Positions 1-10,199 of a stretch of 64,000 nt of DNA are shown in pieces. Each line of letters begins with the position of its first letter. Within the stretch, counting starts at the first letter, position 1. A program made the position numbers and the translations under genes. The notes beneath the pieces were generated by a model, which saw nothing but the letters and a program-made list of their open reading frames with translations, ran no database searches and was not told where the DNA came from. The DNA comes from Bryobacterales bacterium (GTDB lineage: Bacteria; Acidobacteriota; Terriglobia; Bryobacterales; UBA6623), in NCBI GenBank assembly GCA_963422375.2, contig OY729428.2:2976001-3040000 (forward strand), in the 5' to 3' direction.

Positions 1-287
1 AGCCGCGACAGCGGGGGCAGACGGGGCCGTCGGGCCAGCGCACGGCGTCGAACCATTATTCCGCGGATTCGTCGCCGGGGAACGTGGCAATAACTTGTAT
101 CAATCTCATCCCTTTACGATACGACTTCCCGAGGACTTTCTTTTTGATTATTGACATCCTATACCGAAACTATTATACGAAGAACTTCCACTGAATATCA
201 ACAGAAATACCGGAGAAATATGAAATTATTAAATCGTTTGATAAATCGGGAAAACTGGTTGCCTCGGCACTCGGACATATTGTTCCC
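1..287 (-). mobile_element. IS1595-family remnant (left end plus 5' part of transposase pseudogene), truncated by window edge
   Basis: Terminal GGCACTCGGACATATTGTTCCC (266-287) resembles GGCACTCAGATATATAATTCCC of the copies at 24553 and 33531. Minus-strand translation KGMRLIQVIATFPGDESAE*WFDAVRWPDGPVCPRCRG matches their N-terminus, with an in-frame TAA. Confidence 0.85.
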
Positions 288-573
288 TTCGGAGAGCAGG
301 TTCGCATCAATGCGACGTGGGTATTGGATCGACTACAGGAAGCACTCCGTCCGACGGATCACCGATCGCTTCCCGGGGCGGGACTACCTAGCGCTGAACG
401 TGACGGCTTACCGGCATCCCGAGAGCGGATACTGGTCGCCGCTGATCACCTACGCCTGCGTCCCGCCTCCCCGGAGAGCGCCCGAACCGAGCGTACCGAG
501 CCGGCCCGAGGCCCCGCTTGCCGCCGGTTCGAGACGCCGCAAGGCCGTGCCCGCCAGCCTCCTCGCGCAATGA
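288..573 (+). pseudogene. Possible 3' remnant of an unknown gene cut by the IS1595
   Basis: Protein-like open frame (RRGYWIDYRKHSVRRITDRFPGRDYLALNVTAYRHPESGYWSPLITY) starting at the IS end; its stop overlaps the next ATG (ATGA). Confidence 0.3.
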
Positions 574-698
574 CCGGTCTGATTGAAGCGGAGCCTCCGG
601 AGATCGGAATGCGCTCCCTCCCGGATCCCGTCGCCCTGACTGTCATCGGGGCATCGATCGTCACGTCCGTGGTGATTCTGGCCTTCCCTGACGACTGA
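570..698 (+). CDS. Small hypothetical single-pass membrane protein (42 aa)
   Basis: ATGA overlap with upstream frame; hydrophobic VALTVIGASIVTSVVILAF. Confidence 0.3.
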   Translation: MTGLIEAEPPEIGMRSLPDPVALTVIGASIVTSVVILAFPDD

Positions 699-856
699 CG
701 AGGCGCTGCGACGGACTCGGTCTATTGCAGGCCCGTCGGCTCCGGCGGGCGCCCGCAACGCGGACGCCTCGAACGGAACGACGACCGCCCGAGCCGCCGG
801 GGCCACCCAATGCGATCCCCGGATGCGCCGGCGTACCCTGATGGGACTGGTCCACG

Positions 857-1786
857 ATGATTCGAATCACCGAACAGCAAGTCCGCGAAGCCGTCTCGAT
901 GCCACTGGCCATGACGCTCGTGGAGCGCATGCTCACTCGCCTCGGGCAGGGCCAAGCCGTCAACCACCCCCGTCGCCGCGTTGCCATGGAAACGCGCACG
1001 CTGCTGCACTACATGGCGGGCGGGGACAACCAGAGCGGGCTCGTGGGCATCAAAGTCTACGCCTCAAACCCCATGGTGGGCGCCCCGGATTTCGTCTTCC
1101 TGCTATTCGATTCCCACACGGCCCGGCTCCTTGCCTCGATCGAAGCCAACGCCCTCGGCCAGATCCGAACCGGAGCGGCCAGCGGGGTCGCGACCCGGCA
1201 CCTAGCCCGCAAGGACGCCCGCAGGCTGGCTCTGTTCGGAAGCGGATTCCAAGCGGAGACGCAGCTCGAAGCTGTGGCGTGCGCCCGCAGTCTGGAGTCG
1301 GTGCGAGTGTACAGCCGCAGGCCGGAGAGGCGCGAGGCCTTCGCCCGCCGGATGCGCGAGAGACTCGGCCTGGACGTGACCGCTTCGGCGACCCAGGAAC
1401 ATACGCTCGAAGGGGCCGACATCATCACGGCCGTCACCAACTCCCGCTCCCCGGTCTTCCCCGGGCGGCACGTTCAGCCCGGCACGCACATCAACGCGGC
1501 TGGCAGCAATCACGTGCTTCGCCGCGAGATCGACGGCGAGACCGTGCGGAGGTGCTCGCTGATCGCTGTCGACTCGCTGGAGCAGGCTCGCATGGAGGCG
1601 GGCGACCTGACGCAGGCCTCGGCGGAGGGGATCCTCTCGTGGGACGCGGTGTGCGAGCTGCACGACGTCCTGTCAGGCACGCGTCCCGGGCGCGTGACCG
1701 ACGGCCAAGTCACGCTGTTCGAGTCCCAAGGGCTGGCCGTCGAGGACATCGCCATCGCCGAGCATCTGTACAAGACGTACCGATAG
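857..1786 (+). CDS. Ornithine cyclodeaminase / mu-crystallin family protein
   Basis: 309 aa; motifs GQIRTGAASGVAT, GSGFQA, GTHINAAGSN, FESQGLAVED. Confidence 0.92.
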   Translation: MIRITEQQVREAVSMPLAMTLVERMLTRLGQGQAVNHPRRRVAMETRTLLHYMAGGDNQSGLVGIKVYASNPMVGAPDFVFLLFDSHTARLLASIEANALGQIRTGAASGVATRHLARKDARRLALFGSGFQAETQLEAVACARSLESVRVYSRRPERREAFARRMRERLGLDVTASATQEHTLEGADIITAVTNSRSPVFPGRHVQPGTHINAAGSNHVLRREIDGETVRRCSLIAVDSLEQARMEAGDLTQASAEGILSWDAVCELHDVLSGTRPGRVTDGQVTLFESQGLAVEDIAIAEHLYKTYR

Positions 1787-1793
1787 GGCCTAG

Positions 1794-3667
1794 CCCGGAT
1801 AATTCATGAGTAGCCCGGAGGGCCATAGTCCGGTCCCTCCGCCCGGGCCGTGAGGGCCCCCGGTCCAGCGCGATCCTCACTCCTGGGAGTGCCCTGCGAT
1901 CCCCGGCGGCAGCCCCGGCCCGGTCCGATTGAGATCCAAGTTTATATGCTGAAGTGGTTTTCATCCGGTAGGCTATAATGAATACGATGTCGCAGCTGCA
2001 GGCTCCCAAGGCGTTCTGTTCCGCAATCCGCGCCGTCGCCCCGTCGCCGTCCGCTGCGATCACGAGCGCAGCAGCTCCGACGGCGGCGCTGTCCCGGTCG
2101 AGGCCGCCGACCGCGCTCCCGGCCTCACCGCGGCGTTCGCCGACTGCCTGCGCGACCGGCGCCAGCCCTCCGAGGTGCTCCGCTCCCTCGCGGACATGCT
2201 CCGCCAGCGCATCTACGGCCTCGCCTGCGGCTAGGAGGACTGCAACGACGCCGGACGCCTCGGCGGCGACCCCGTGTTCAAGCTGCCGCTCGGGCGCGAC
2301 CCCTGGCAGGGTCGCGACCTGCCGTCCCGGCCCACCCTGTCGCGCTTCGAGAACGCCGTCACCGCGGACGCGCCGAGCGCGCTGTCCGCGGTGCCGGCCC
2401 GCTGCGTCGTGCGGCGCCGGCACGAGCGGCGCCCCGAGACGAGGATCGCCGAGCTGGACTTCGACCCGACCTGCGAGCCGACGCACGGGGGCCGGCAGCT
2501 GGCGCTGTTCAACGGCTCCTGCGACACGCATGGCTACTTGCCGCCGGTGGGCGTGGCGCGCTTCGACGACGAGCGCGAGCGGCATCTCGTGGCGGCGCTG
2601 CCGCGCTCGGGCACGGCCGCCGCCGCGGAGGGCTTGCTGCCGCTGCTGGACCGCGTGCTGCCGCAGCTGCGGGAATTCTTCCCGCGGGCGACGCTGCGCC
2701 CGCGCCTGGACGCGGGCTTCCAAGGGGACGAGCTGCTGGCCTATGGCGAGCGCGAGGGCCTGGAGTACCGCGAGGGCCTGGAGTACGTGGTGTGCCAGCA
2801 GAAGAACGCGGTGCCGGAGCGGCGCGCGGCCCCGTTGCGGGCGGCCGTCGAGGCCCGGCGGCACCCGGGGCACGGACCCCGGCGGGGCAGCGGCGGCCGC
2901 GGGGGACCCGCCGTCCCGGCTGGAGCAGTTGCGGGCGAAGTACGCGCGGCTCGGAGCTGGCACGCAGGGGGGCCGGCCGGGCGCGGCGGGTGATCGTCAA
3001 GGCGGACGTGAGCGAGTTTCCCGGGCGCGCCCCGCAGTGGAACCCGCGCTACGTGGTGACCGACGCGGGCGGCAGCCCGCAGCGCCTCTACGAGCGGATC
3101 CACTGCCTGCGGGGAGACGTGGAGAACCGCATCAAGGAGCTCGAGCACGGGATGCGGATGGACCGCGCCAGCTGCTCGAGCTTCGCGGCGAACCGGTTCC
3201 GCGTGCCGCTCGCGGCGGCGGCCTGCGCGATCATGCAGGAACTGCGCTGGCAGGCACGGGACACGCCGCTGCGGAAGCGCCGGGTGGACGGGTTGCGCCT
3301 CGGCCTGCCGAAGCCGGGGGCGCGGGTCGCGGCCACGGCGCAGCGGATCGCGCTGCACGTGCCGCGGACGGCACCGTTCCGGGACGCCCGGGTGGTGGTG
3401 GCGCGGGGCTTGGGGGCCGTGCCGATATGACGCCGGGCCGGGTCCATCCGGAGAGTGTCGGCAGGCGCCGGGCGCCGCCGGGGGAAACCGTGCCTGCCCC
3501 CCGGGCGGGTGCCGCCGAGGAGGTGTCCGCGGCCCGCACGCCGCTCGCGAGACGCCCCGCAAGCCCCGCATTCCCCGCCCGCAGGCGTTTCGGAAGCAGA
3601 TTTGGCGGCCATCGAGGACCCAGAAACTGGACCTATGAGCCTGCGCCGCATTCGTGAATAATGCGGG
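1794..3667 (+). mobile_element. IS1380-family element, copy 1
   Basis: Imperfect terminal IRs CCCGGATAATTCATGA / TCGTGAATAATGCGGG; CTAG on both sides (1790-1793, 3668-3671). Confidence 0.92.
1978..3430 (+). pseudogene. IS1380 transposase pseudogene
   Basis: Motifs RQRIYGLACG*ED, PSRPTLSRFEN, LDFDPT, RLDAGF, RGDVENRIKE, FAANRFR spread over several frames; TAG at the GYED position. Confidence 0.9.
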
Positions 3668-3681
3668 CTAGGATTCAAAAC

Positions 3682-4633
3682 ATGCGACGCGACATCGCCT
3701 CTCCTCTCGCCCTATGGCTGCTCCTCGTCGCTGCCGCGGCCGCCCAAGTCCAGTGGGACCCGCCCGAGGGCATCGCATGGCGCACCGGTACGATCCACAG
3801 CGAGGGCACCCGCCTGGCGGCGGAAATCTTCTCCCTCGAGTCCAACTCCGGACAGCGGCTCCCCTGCTTGCTCATGGCCCACGGCTGGGGAGGCACGGCA
3901 CGGAGCCTGCGCCGCGACGCCGCGGCCTTCGCGCGGGCCGGCTTCCTAGCGGTGGCATTCGACTATCGCGGTTGGGGCAACAGCGATCCGAGGGTGGTCC
4001 TTGCCGCGGCCGGCACGCCGCAAGCCACCGGGAAATTCGAGGCCGAGGTCATCGCGATCCGCGAAGTGGTGGATCCGGTCGAGCAGACCCGCGACTGGCT
4101 CAACGCCATGCACTGGCTCCAAGCCGAGCCGATGTGCGACACGTCGCGCATCGGGATCTGGGGAAGCAGCTACTCCGGCGGGCACGTGCTGTACGTCGCC
4201 GCCCACGATAAGCGGGTCAAGGCGGTTTTCAGCCAGGTCGGAGGCATGGACTCACGCTTCGTGGTCGCCAACGGGAACCAAGCGGCCAGGACGCTCGGCG
4301 AGGCCACCCGTCGCGCGCGGGGGGAACTGCCCTACCCCGAGCCCGGCGCGGTGGAAGTGGGCTCGCTGCGAGGCGCGCCCATCCGCGACAAGCTGATGCA
4401 CTTCGCCCCGGTGGAGCTGGCGAGGCAGGCGTCCCACGCGGCCCTGGTGTTCGTGATTGCCGAGAACGAGGAGCTGTTCGACAACCGGGGACCATGCGAT
4501 CAAGGCACATGCGGCGGCTACCGGCGTCAAGAAGCTGGTGACCCTGCCGGGCATCGCCCACTACGGCATCTACCGCGAGGCTCGCCAGCGCGCGCAGCGG
4601 CTCGCCATCGACTGGTTCAAGGAGCACCTCTGA
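3682..4633 (+). pseudogene. Secreted alpha/beta hydrolase (CocE/NonD-like) with one frameshift near 4490
   Basis: Signal peptide, AHGWGG, DYRGWG, GSSYSGG nucleophile. An extra G in CCGGGGACC shifts the frame; the other frame continues DHAIKA...GIAHYGIY...DWFKEHL*. Confidence 0.8.
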
Positions 4634-4679
4634 GAACGCGGCACCGGCTGCCGAGTCGGACGGCAGGTACAATGGGCCC

Positions 4680-5183
4680 GTGTCCGAGCCGCGCGCGGTC
4701 ATCTACCCGGGCTCGTTCGACCCTATCACCAACGGGCACCTAGATCTGATCGAGCGTGCCGCCGCGCAGTTCGACCGGCTCGTCGTCGCGGTCTTGGAGC
4801 ACGACACCAAGCGAGCCGCATTCCCGCTCGGCGACCGGCTGGACATGATCCGGGAGTCCGTCGCGGACCTGCCCAACGTACGCGTCGGCAGCTTCGGCGG
4901 CCTGCTCGTGGACTACGCCCGCAGCGAGGGCGCACGCCTCATCCTGCGCGGCATTCGCGCCGTGTCCGACTACGAGTACGAACTCCAGATGGCGCTGATG
5001 AACCGCAAGCTGGCGCCGGAGCTCGAAACCGTTTTCATGCTGCCCTCGGAGGCGTATTCCTTTCTCAGCTCCGGGCTCGTGAAGGAAGTCTGCCGCCACG
5101 GCGGCCGTATCGACGAACTGGTGCCTGCCCACGTCGCCCGCCGCCTGCGGGAGCGACTCGCGGGGGCTGTCGCCGGCGGGTAA
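4680..5183 (+). CDS. coaD: Pantetheine-phosphate adenylyltransferase
   Basis: YPGSFDPITNGHLD, RGIRAVSDYEYE, SSGLVKE. Confidence 0.97.
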   Translation: MSEPRAVIYPGSFDPITNGHLDLIERAAAQFDRLVVAVLEHDTKRAAFPLGDRLDMIRESVADLPNVRVGSFGGLLVDYARSEGARLILRGIRAVSDYEYELQMALMNRKLAPELETVFMLPSEAYSFLSSGLVKEVCRHGGRIDELVPAHVARRLRERLAGAVAGG

Positions 5184-5192
5184 CCTGTAGGC

Positions 5193-6368
5193 ATGGAGCT
5201 CACACGGCGCGTCGGCCGGATCAGCGAGTCCGCCACCATGGCGGTCACCGCGGAGGCCGCGCGGCTCCGCCGCGCCGGAGCGGACGTCGTGGCGCTCGGC
5301 GCAGGCGAGCCGGACTTCCCCACCCCGGGACACATCAAGCAGGCCGCGGTTCGCGCGATCGAAAGCAACTTTACCCGCTACACCGCGGCCGGGGGCGTGC
5401 CCGAACTCAAGGAGGCTATCGTCGCTTGGCACGCCCGCGAGTTCGGCACTATCTACCGCCCGAGCGAGTGCATCGCTACCGTCGGCGGCAAGCACGCGAT
5501 CTTCAACTGTCTCGCGGCGCTGGTCGATCACGGGGACGAGGTGATCCTCCCGGTGCCCTACTGGGTGACCTATTTCGACGTCATCAACTACTACGGGGGC
5601 ACGGCCGTCAAGGTCGAGACGAAGGAATCGAACGGCTTCTCGCTCACCGCGAGCGACATAGAGGAAGCGATTACCGACCGCACCAAGGCCGTGATCGTCA
5701 ACTCGCCCAGCAACCCGTCCGGCGCGGTCGTGGAGCGCTCGGAATTCGAGCGGATTCTGGCTCTGGCCTCGGAGCGCGGCATCACTCTGCTGAGCGACGA
5801 ATGCTACAGCCACTTCACCTACAGTTCGGAGCCGTTCTCGATCGCCTCCGCGGCCGGCGCGAAGCCCCATGTCGCCGTGGCGGGCTCGCTGTCCAAGACC
5901 TTCGCCATGACGGGCTGGCGGGTCGGCTACCTGCTCGGCCCCGCCGAGCTGGTCGCCAGCGCCAACAAGCTGCAGAGCCACGCCACGTCGAATCCCACCT
6001 CGATCGCGCAGATGGCCGCGATAGAGGCCCTGCGCAGCCCGATGGACGCCGTGTACGCGATGTTGGGCGAGTACCGCAAGCGGCGCGAGTACATCGTGGC
6101 CGCGCTAAGGGACATTCCCGGCGTCAGCTGCGCCGAGCCCCACGGCGCGTTCTACGCTTATCCGAACGTCAGCTCGGTCTTCGGCAGCCCGGGCGTGGCG
6201 TCGTCCATGGACTTCGCGAAGGGACTTCTGAGCGAGGCCCACGTCGCGGCCGTGCCGGGCGAGGCGTTCGGCACCGCCGATCACGTCCGGCTCTCGTACG
6301 CCGCGTCCATGCAAGTGCTCGAGGAAGGCGTCCGCCGCATCCGCGCCTTCATCGACGGGTTGAGATGA
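5193..6368 (+). CDS. Class I PLP-dependent (aspartate) aminotransferase
   Basis: GEPDFPTP, NSPSNPSG, SDECY, SLSKTFAMTGWRVG. Confidence 0.95.
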   Translation: MELTRRVGRISESATMAVTAEAARLRRAGADVVALGAGEPDFPTPGHIKQAAVRAIESNFTRYTAAGGVPELKEAIVAWHAREFGTIYRPSECIATVGGKHAIFNCLAALVDHGDEVILPVPYWVTYFDVINYYGGTAVKVETKESNGFSLTASDIEEAITDRTKAVIVNSPSNPSGAVVERSEFERILALASERGITLLSDECYSHFTYSSEPFSIASAAGAKPHVAVAGSLSKTFAMTGWRVGYLLGPAELVASANKLQSHATSNPTSIAQMAAIEALRSPMDAVYAMLGEYRKRREYIVAALRDIPGVSCAEPHGAFYAYPNVSSVFGSPGVASSMDFAKGLLSEAHVAAVPGEAFGTADHVRLSYAASMQVLEEGVRRIRAFIDGLR

Positions 6369-7342
6369 ACCGACTGGAACCGCTCAGATTCCGGCCGTCG
6401 CTGCGAGAGAAGATTTGGGGCACGCATGATCTCCGCCCGGTGCTCGGCCGGGCCGAGCACCGAATCGGCGAGGCTTGGTGCCTGCACGACGGCAGCCGAG
6501 TCGCAGAAGGCCCCCTGCGGGGCCAGTCGGTAGCGTCGCTCGTCGAACGGTTCGGGAAGCGCCTGATGGGCGCGGCCTGGAGCCCGGGCGACTTCGGGGC
6601 GCCCGCCGCCAACGGCGGCGGCCCGAGCGCGTTTCCCCTGTGCGGCAAGATCCTCTTCGCAGCCGGCCGGCTCTCGGTCCAGGTGCATCCGGACAACGAG
6701 TTGGCGCGCCGCCTGGAGGGCTGCCGGGGGAAGACCGAGATCTGGTACGTGCTCGATGCGCGGCCCGGCGCCGAGCTGGGCCTCGGCCTGACCGCCGACC
6801 TCGGCCCCGCGGAGCTGGCCGAGGCAGCCGCCGACGGCAGCGTCGAGGACCTGCTGCGCTGGGTGCCGGCCGTGCCGGGACGGTGCGCGCTGGTGCCAGC
6901 GGGGACGGTGCATTCGGTCCGCAACGGCGCCGTGCTGTGCGAGATCCACCAGAACTCCGACCTTACCTACCGGCTGTTCGACTTCCGGCGCCGGGATCTC
7001 GCGGGCCGCTACCGCACCCTGCAGGTCAGGCGCGCCACGGAGGCGGCGGACACGGCCGCGCGCCCCGAGCTGACGGCGCCGCGGGTCGTCAGCGGCGAGC
7101 CCTGCCGCGTCGCGCAACTCGGCCGGTGCCGACACTTCGCCGCGGAGCTGCTCGCGTGGGACCGGCCGTTCCTCTACTCGCCCGACCCCCTGCGCTGCCA
7201 GATCCTCGTCATCGTGCGCGGCTTCGGATCCGTGAACGCCGTGCAGTTCGAGCCGGGCGACGCGTTTGTCATCCCGGCGGAGTCGCCCCGGTTTCCGGTC
7301 GCCGGGGACCGGGCCCAGGCGGTGCGGGCCTACCTGCCCTGA
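6365..7342 (+). CDS. Class I mannose-6-phosphate isomerase-like cupin
   Basis: EKIWG, IGEAW, LSVQVHP, GKTEIWY, PAGTVH, EIHQNSDLTYRLFD; ATGA overlap with upstream gene. Confidence 0.88.
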   Translation: MNRLEPLRFRPSLREKIWGTHDLRPVLGRAEHRIGEAWCLHDGSRVAEGPLRGQSVASLVERFGKRLMGAAWSPGDFGAPAANGGGPSAFPLCGKILFAAGRLSVQVHPDNELARRLEGCRGKTEIWYVLDARPGAELGLGLTADLGPAELAEAAADGSVEDLLRWVPAVPGRCALVPAGTVHSVRNGAVLCEIHQNSDLTYRLFDFRRRDLAGRYRTLQVRRATEAADTAARPELTAPRVVSGEPCRVAQLGRCRHFAAELLAWDRPFLYSPDPLRCQILVIVRGFGSVNAVQFEPGDAFVIPAESPRFPVAGDRAQAVRAYLP

Positions 7343-8628
7343 GCGAGCGAGGAGGCGGAAGCCTCCGGCGTGGGCTCGGAGCCCCACGCGCGACGCATCG
7401 ACAGTACCCAGACAGCCGCCGGGCCGAGCATCGCGATTCCGAGACACAGCGCCCCCGTCGGAGCAGGCACGCCCAAATCGAGGAGCTGGCCCATGCAGTA
7501 GGTCGAGACCGAAGCGGTCGCCATGAACAAGCCCATGTCGGCCGCGAACACCCTGCCCAGAAACTGGTTGTCCGTGTTGAAGTGCAGCAGGGTGGTCGAG
7601 CAGACCCAAACCAAAGCCGCCCCGCCGTGGGCCACGACGAGGCACAAGCCCGCGACCGGCATGAAGAGAACCTGGCTGAAGAGGATGTAGCCGCAGCCCG
7701 CGGCCACGTATCCGAGCAGCACGGCCCGCCGCATGGTGGTCTGGCTCCTGCTGAACCGCTGCCCTAGCAGCAGCGGGCCGAGAACGGAACCTAGTCCCTG
7801 GAACGCGAAGAGCGTCGCCATGCCGAGCGGGGCGCTGCCGTCCACAGCGAACTCCCGGCTGCCGAGGATCGTGGTCAGGACCACGCGAGCCCCCATGATG
7901 CCGAGGCCGAACTTGAGTGTCAGCAGCGTCAGCAGCCGCCAGTCCCGGATCATGTAGAGGAACCCTTCGACGACGGGCCGCAGGCGGAGCGCGTCCAGCC
8001 AAGATTCCCTGCGGCGCCCGGCAAGGTGCCGCTCGAAGACCCGCAGGCGGAACACGAACCAGGCTGACACCAAGAAGGTGAGCGAGTTCGTCGCGAAGAC
8101 GAACTCGCGGCCGAGGAAGGCGACCGCGACACCGCCGAGGGCCGCTCCCGCGGTGACCGTCAGGGACCATGTGGTCGATCCCAAGGCATTGGCCACCGGA
8201 AGGACCTCGCGGCGGATCAGGCTCGGCAGGATCGCGTTCCTACCGGCCTCGAAGAAGGCGGCGGCACCGATCTCGAGCGTCAGCAGCAGGTACAGCAGCC
8301 AGATCTGGTCCTCACGCTCGATCAGCAGCATGCAGAGCACCAGCCCCGCCCGGACCAAGTCGGAAGCCAGCATGACCCGGCGACGGCTGAGGCGGTCGTT
8401 GACGGCTCCGGCGGTCGGACCGAGAAGCATCATCGGCAGGATCTGCAGAATCGCTGCCCAAGCCACCGGCTCGGCGCGCCCCGTGAGATCCAGCAGCAGG
8501 GAGTAGATGGCGACGGAGTAGAACCAATCGCCCGAACCGCTGACGAGTTGGGCGACCCAGACCAGCCGGAAGTTCGGTGACTCGCGCAACAGTAGCCAGT
8601 AGCCGCGCAGGGAAACCGGTGAGGTCAA
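7330..8628 (-). CDS. MFS transporter
   Basis: Multiple hydrophobic helices; motif A GAVNDRLSRRRVM; TTG start inferred just after trpS. Confidence 0.88.
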   Translation of the reverse strand: MTSPVSLRGYWLLLRESPNFRLVWVAQLVSGSGDWFYSVAIYSLLLDLTGRAEPVAWAAILQILPMMLLGPTAGAVNDRLSRRRVMLASDLVRAGLVLCMLLIEREDQIWLLYLLLTLEIGAAAFFEAGRNAILPSLIRREVLPVANALGSTTWSLTVTAGAALGGVAVAFLGREFVFATNSLTFLVSAWFVFRLRVFERHLAGRRRESWLDALRLRPVVEGFLYMIRDWRLLTLLTLKFGLGIMGARVVLTTILGSREFAVDGSAPLGMATLFAFQGLGSVLGPLLLGQRFSRSQTTMRRAVLLGYVAAGCGYILFSQVLFMPVAGLCLVVAHGGAALVWVCSTTLLHFNTDNQFLGRVFAADMGLFMATASVSTYCMGQLLDLGVPAPTGALCLGIAMLGPAAVWVLSMRRAWGSEPTPEASASSLAQGR

Positions 8629-8638
8629 GGGCGGCCAC

Positions 8639-9637
8639 TCAGGCGAGGTACAGGCCCGTGCGGTCCTTGGCCCGGCGCACCGTGGCCTCGGCGATCGGCG
8701 CGACGCGCTCGGCGCTGTCGCGCAGCACGCCCCGCAGATAGTCACGGCTGGCCATCAGCTCTTCGTAGCGCTTCTGAATGGGCTCCAGCTTTGCGCCCAC
8801 CATCTCGCTGACATCCCGCTTGAGGGCGCCGTAGCGCATGCCCGCGAAGTGGGCTTCCATCGCCTTGTCGCTCCACCCGCTAAACGCCTGGAATATGGTC
8901 AGCAGGTTGGCGACGCCGGCCCCCGGCGCCTCCCAGTTGACGCCCGGCTGGGAGTCCGTCACGGCTCGTCCGACGAGCTTGCGCACGCGCCCCGGCGGGT
9001 CGAGCAGGCTGATAGCGTGGTTGGGCGACCCGGCCGACTTGCTCATCTTTCTTGTCGGGTCGTCCAGCCCCATGATCCTAGCCCCCACCGCCGGCAGCCT
9101 AGTCTCCGGCACAACGAACGTCTTGCCGTATAGGGCGTTGAAGCGCTGGGCGATGTCGCGCGTCAGCTCCATGTGCTGGGACTGGTCGTCACCGACCGGG
9201 ACCGCGCTGGCTTGGTACAGGAGGATATCGGCGGCCATCAGCACGGGATAGACGAACAGGCCCGTACCGACGGAGTCCTGGCCCGCGCCCGCCTGCTGGA
9301 CCTTGGCCTTGAACTGCGTCATGCGGCCCAGCCAGCCGAACGGCACGGTGCAGGTGAAAATCCAAGCGAGCTCGACGTGGGCCGGAATCTGGGATTGAAC
9401 GAAGATGGCGGAATGCTGCGGGTCGAGGCCGGATGCAAGGTACAGCGCAGCGACCTGCTCGCAGCTCTCGCGGAGGCCCTTGGGGTCCTGGCGCACCGTG
9501 ATGGCGTGGAGATCGACAATACAGAAGACAGGCTCGTAGTCGTATTGGATCTGCGCCCAGTTGCGCAGCGCCCCAAGGTAGTTTCCGATGTGCAGCTCGC
9601 CAGTCGGCTGCATGCCCGAGAATATCCGCGGCTTCAT
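8639..9637 (-). CDS. trpS: Tryptophan--tRNA ligase
   Basis: SGMQPTGELHIGNYLGA, YPVLMAADILLY, VPVGDDQ, KMSKS. Confidence 0.98.
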   Translation of the reverse strand: MKPRIFSGMQPTGELHIGNYLGALRNWAQIQYDYEPVFCIVDLHAITVRQDPKGLRESCEQVAALYLASGLDPQHSAIFVQSQIPAHVELAWIFTCTVPFGWLGRMTQFKAKVQQAGAGQDSVGTGLFVYPVLMAADILLYQASAVPVGDDQSQHMELTRDIAQRFNALYGKTFVVPETRLPAVGARIMGLDDPTRKMSKSAGSPNHAISLLDPPGRVRKLVGRAVTDSQPGVNWEAPGAGVANLLTIFQAFSGWSDKAMEAHFAGMRYGALKRDVSEMVGAKLEPIQKRYEELMASRDYLRGVLRDSAERVAPIAEATVRRAKDRTGLYLA

Positions 9638-10199
9638 ACTCGAGACGAGGGAACCCTAATCTTATCGCCCGAGGGGACGGGCGCCGCGCGACCGCTGGTG
9701 CCGCTCGCAGGGCGGGTTTCCGCAGGTGTGCTTGCGATGCTGGCTGCACGAGCTACGCTCTGCCCTGCGTTTCAGCGGATTCCCGACCCGACGCAAGCCG
9801 CAAGCTGCGAGAAGCCGTTGAAGTAGGGTCGTTCCGGTCGAGTCTGGAACAGTTCGAACGGGGAGTAGACCCGGGACTTGGCGGTGGTCGCCTGGGACCG
9901 CAGTCTGACCGTCCATGGCTGATTTTTGGCGGTCGCCACCGACGATGGCGATCTGGGGCGGCTACCAGCCTAGTCCCAAGAGCCGCCCGACCGCCAGCGG
10001 ACCCAGCGAGACTGCTCGGGCTTGGCTTTGGCCGTATACGTATACCAAAGTCAGCTCCGGGCGGGGCTATCGGCAGAATCCAGGTGGCACCGCATGCGCC
10101 CGTACGTCCGCCGTGACTCTCGGTGCCAGCGGTATCCGCCGGTCCCGCCGGACAGGCTCAGCGACTCCGCGCGCCGACTTTGCGAAGCACAAGCTTCCC

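Noticed and set aside
151..573. 140-aa ORF as a real gene
   Set aside because: Its first ~45 codons lie in the AT-rich IS1595 end; it is a chimeric frame.
4486..4492. Programmed frameshift or phase variation in the hydrolase
   Set aside because: Only a G4 run with no slippery heptamer; simple mutation or sequencing error is more likely.
5426..6364. N-terminal half of the 638-aa ORF and other long Arg/Pro/Gly-rich ORFs (e.g. 1978-3657, 6281-8170, 40553-42253, 53133-55223)
   Set aside because: Alternative-frame or antisense shadows of real genes, typical of high-GC DNA.
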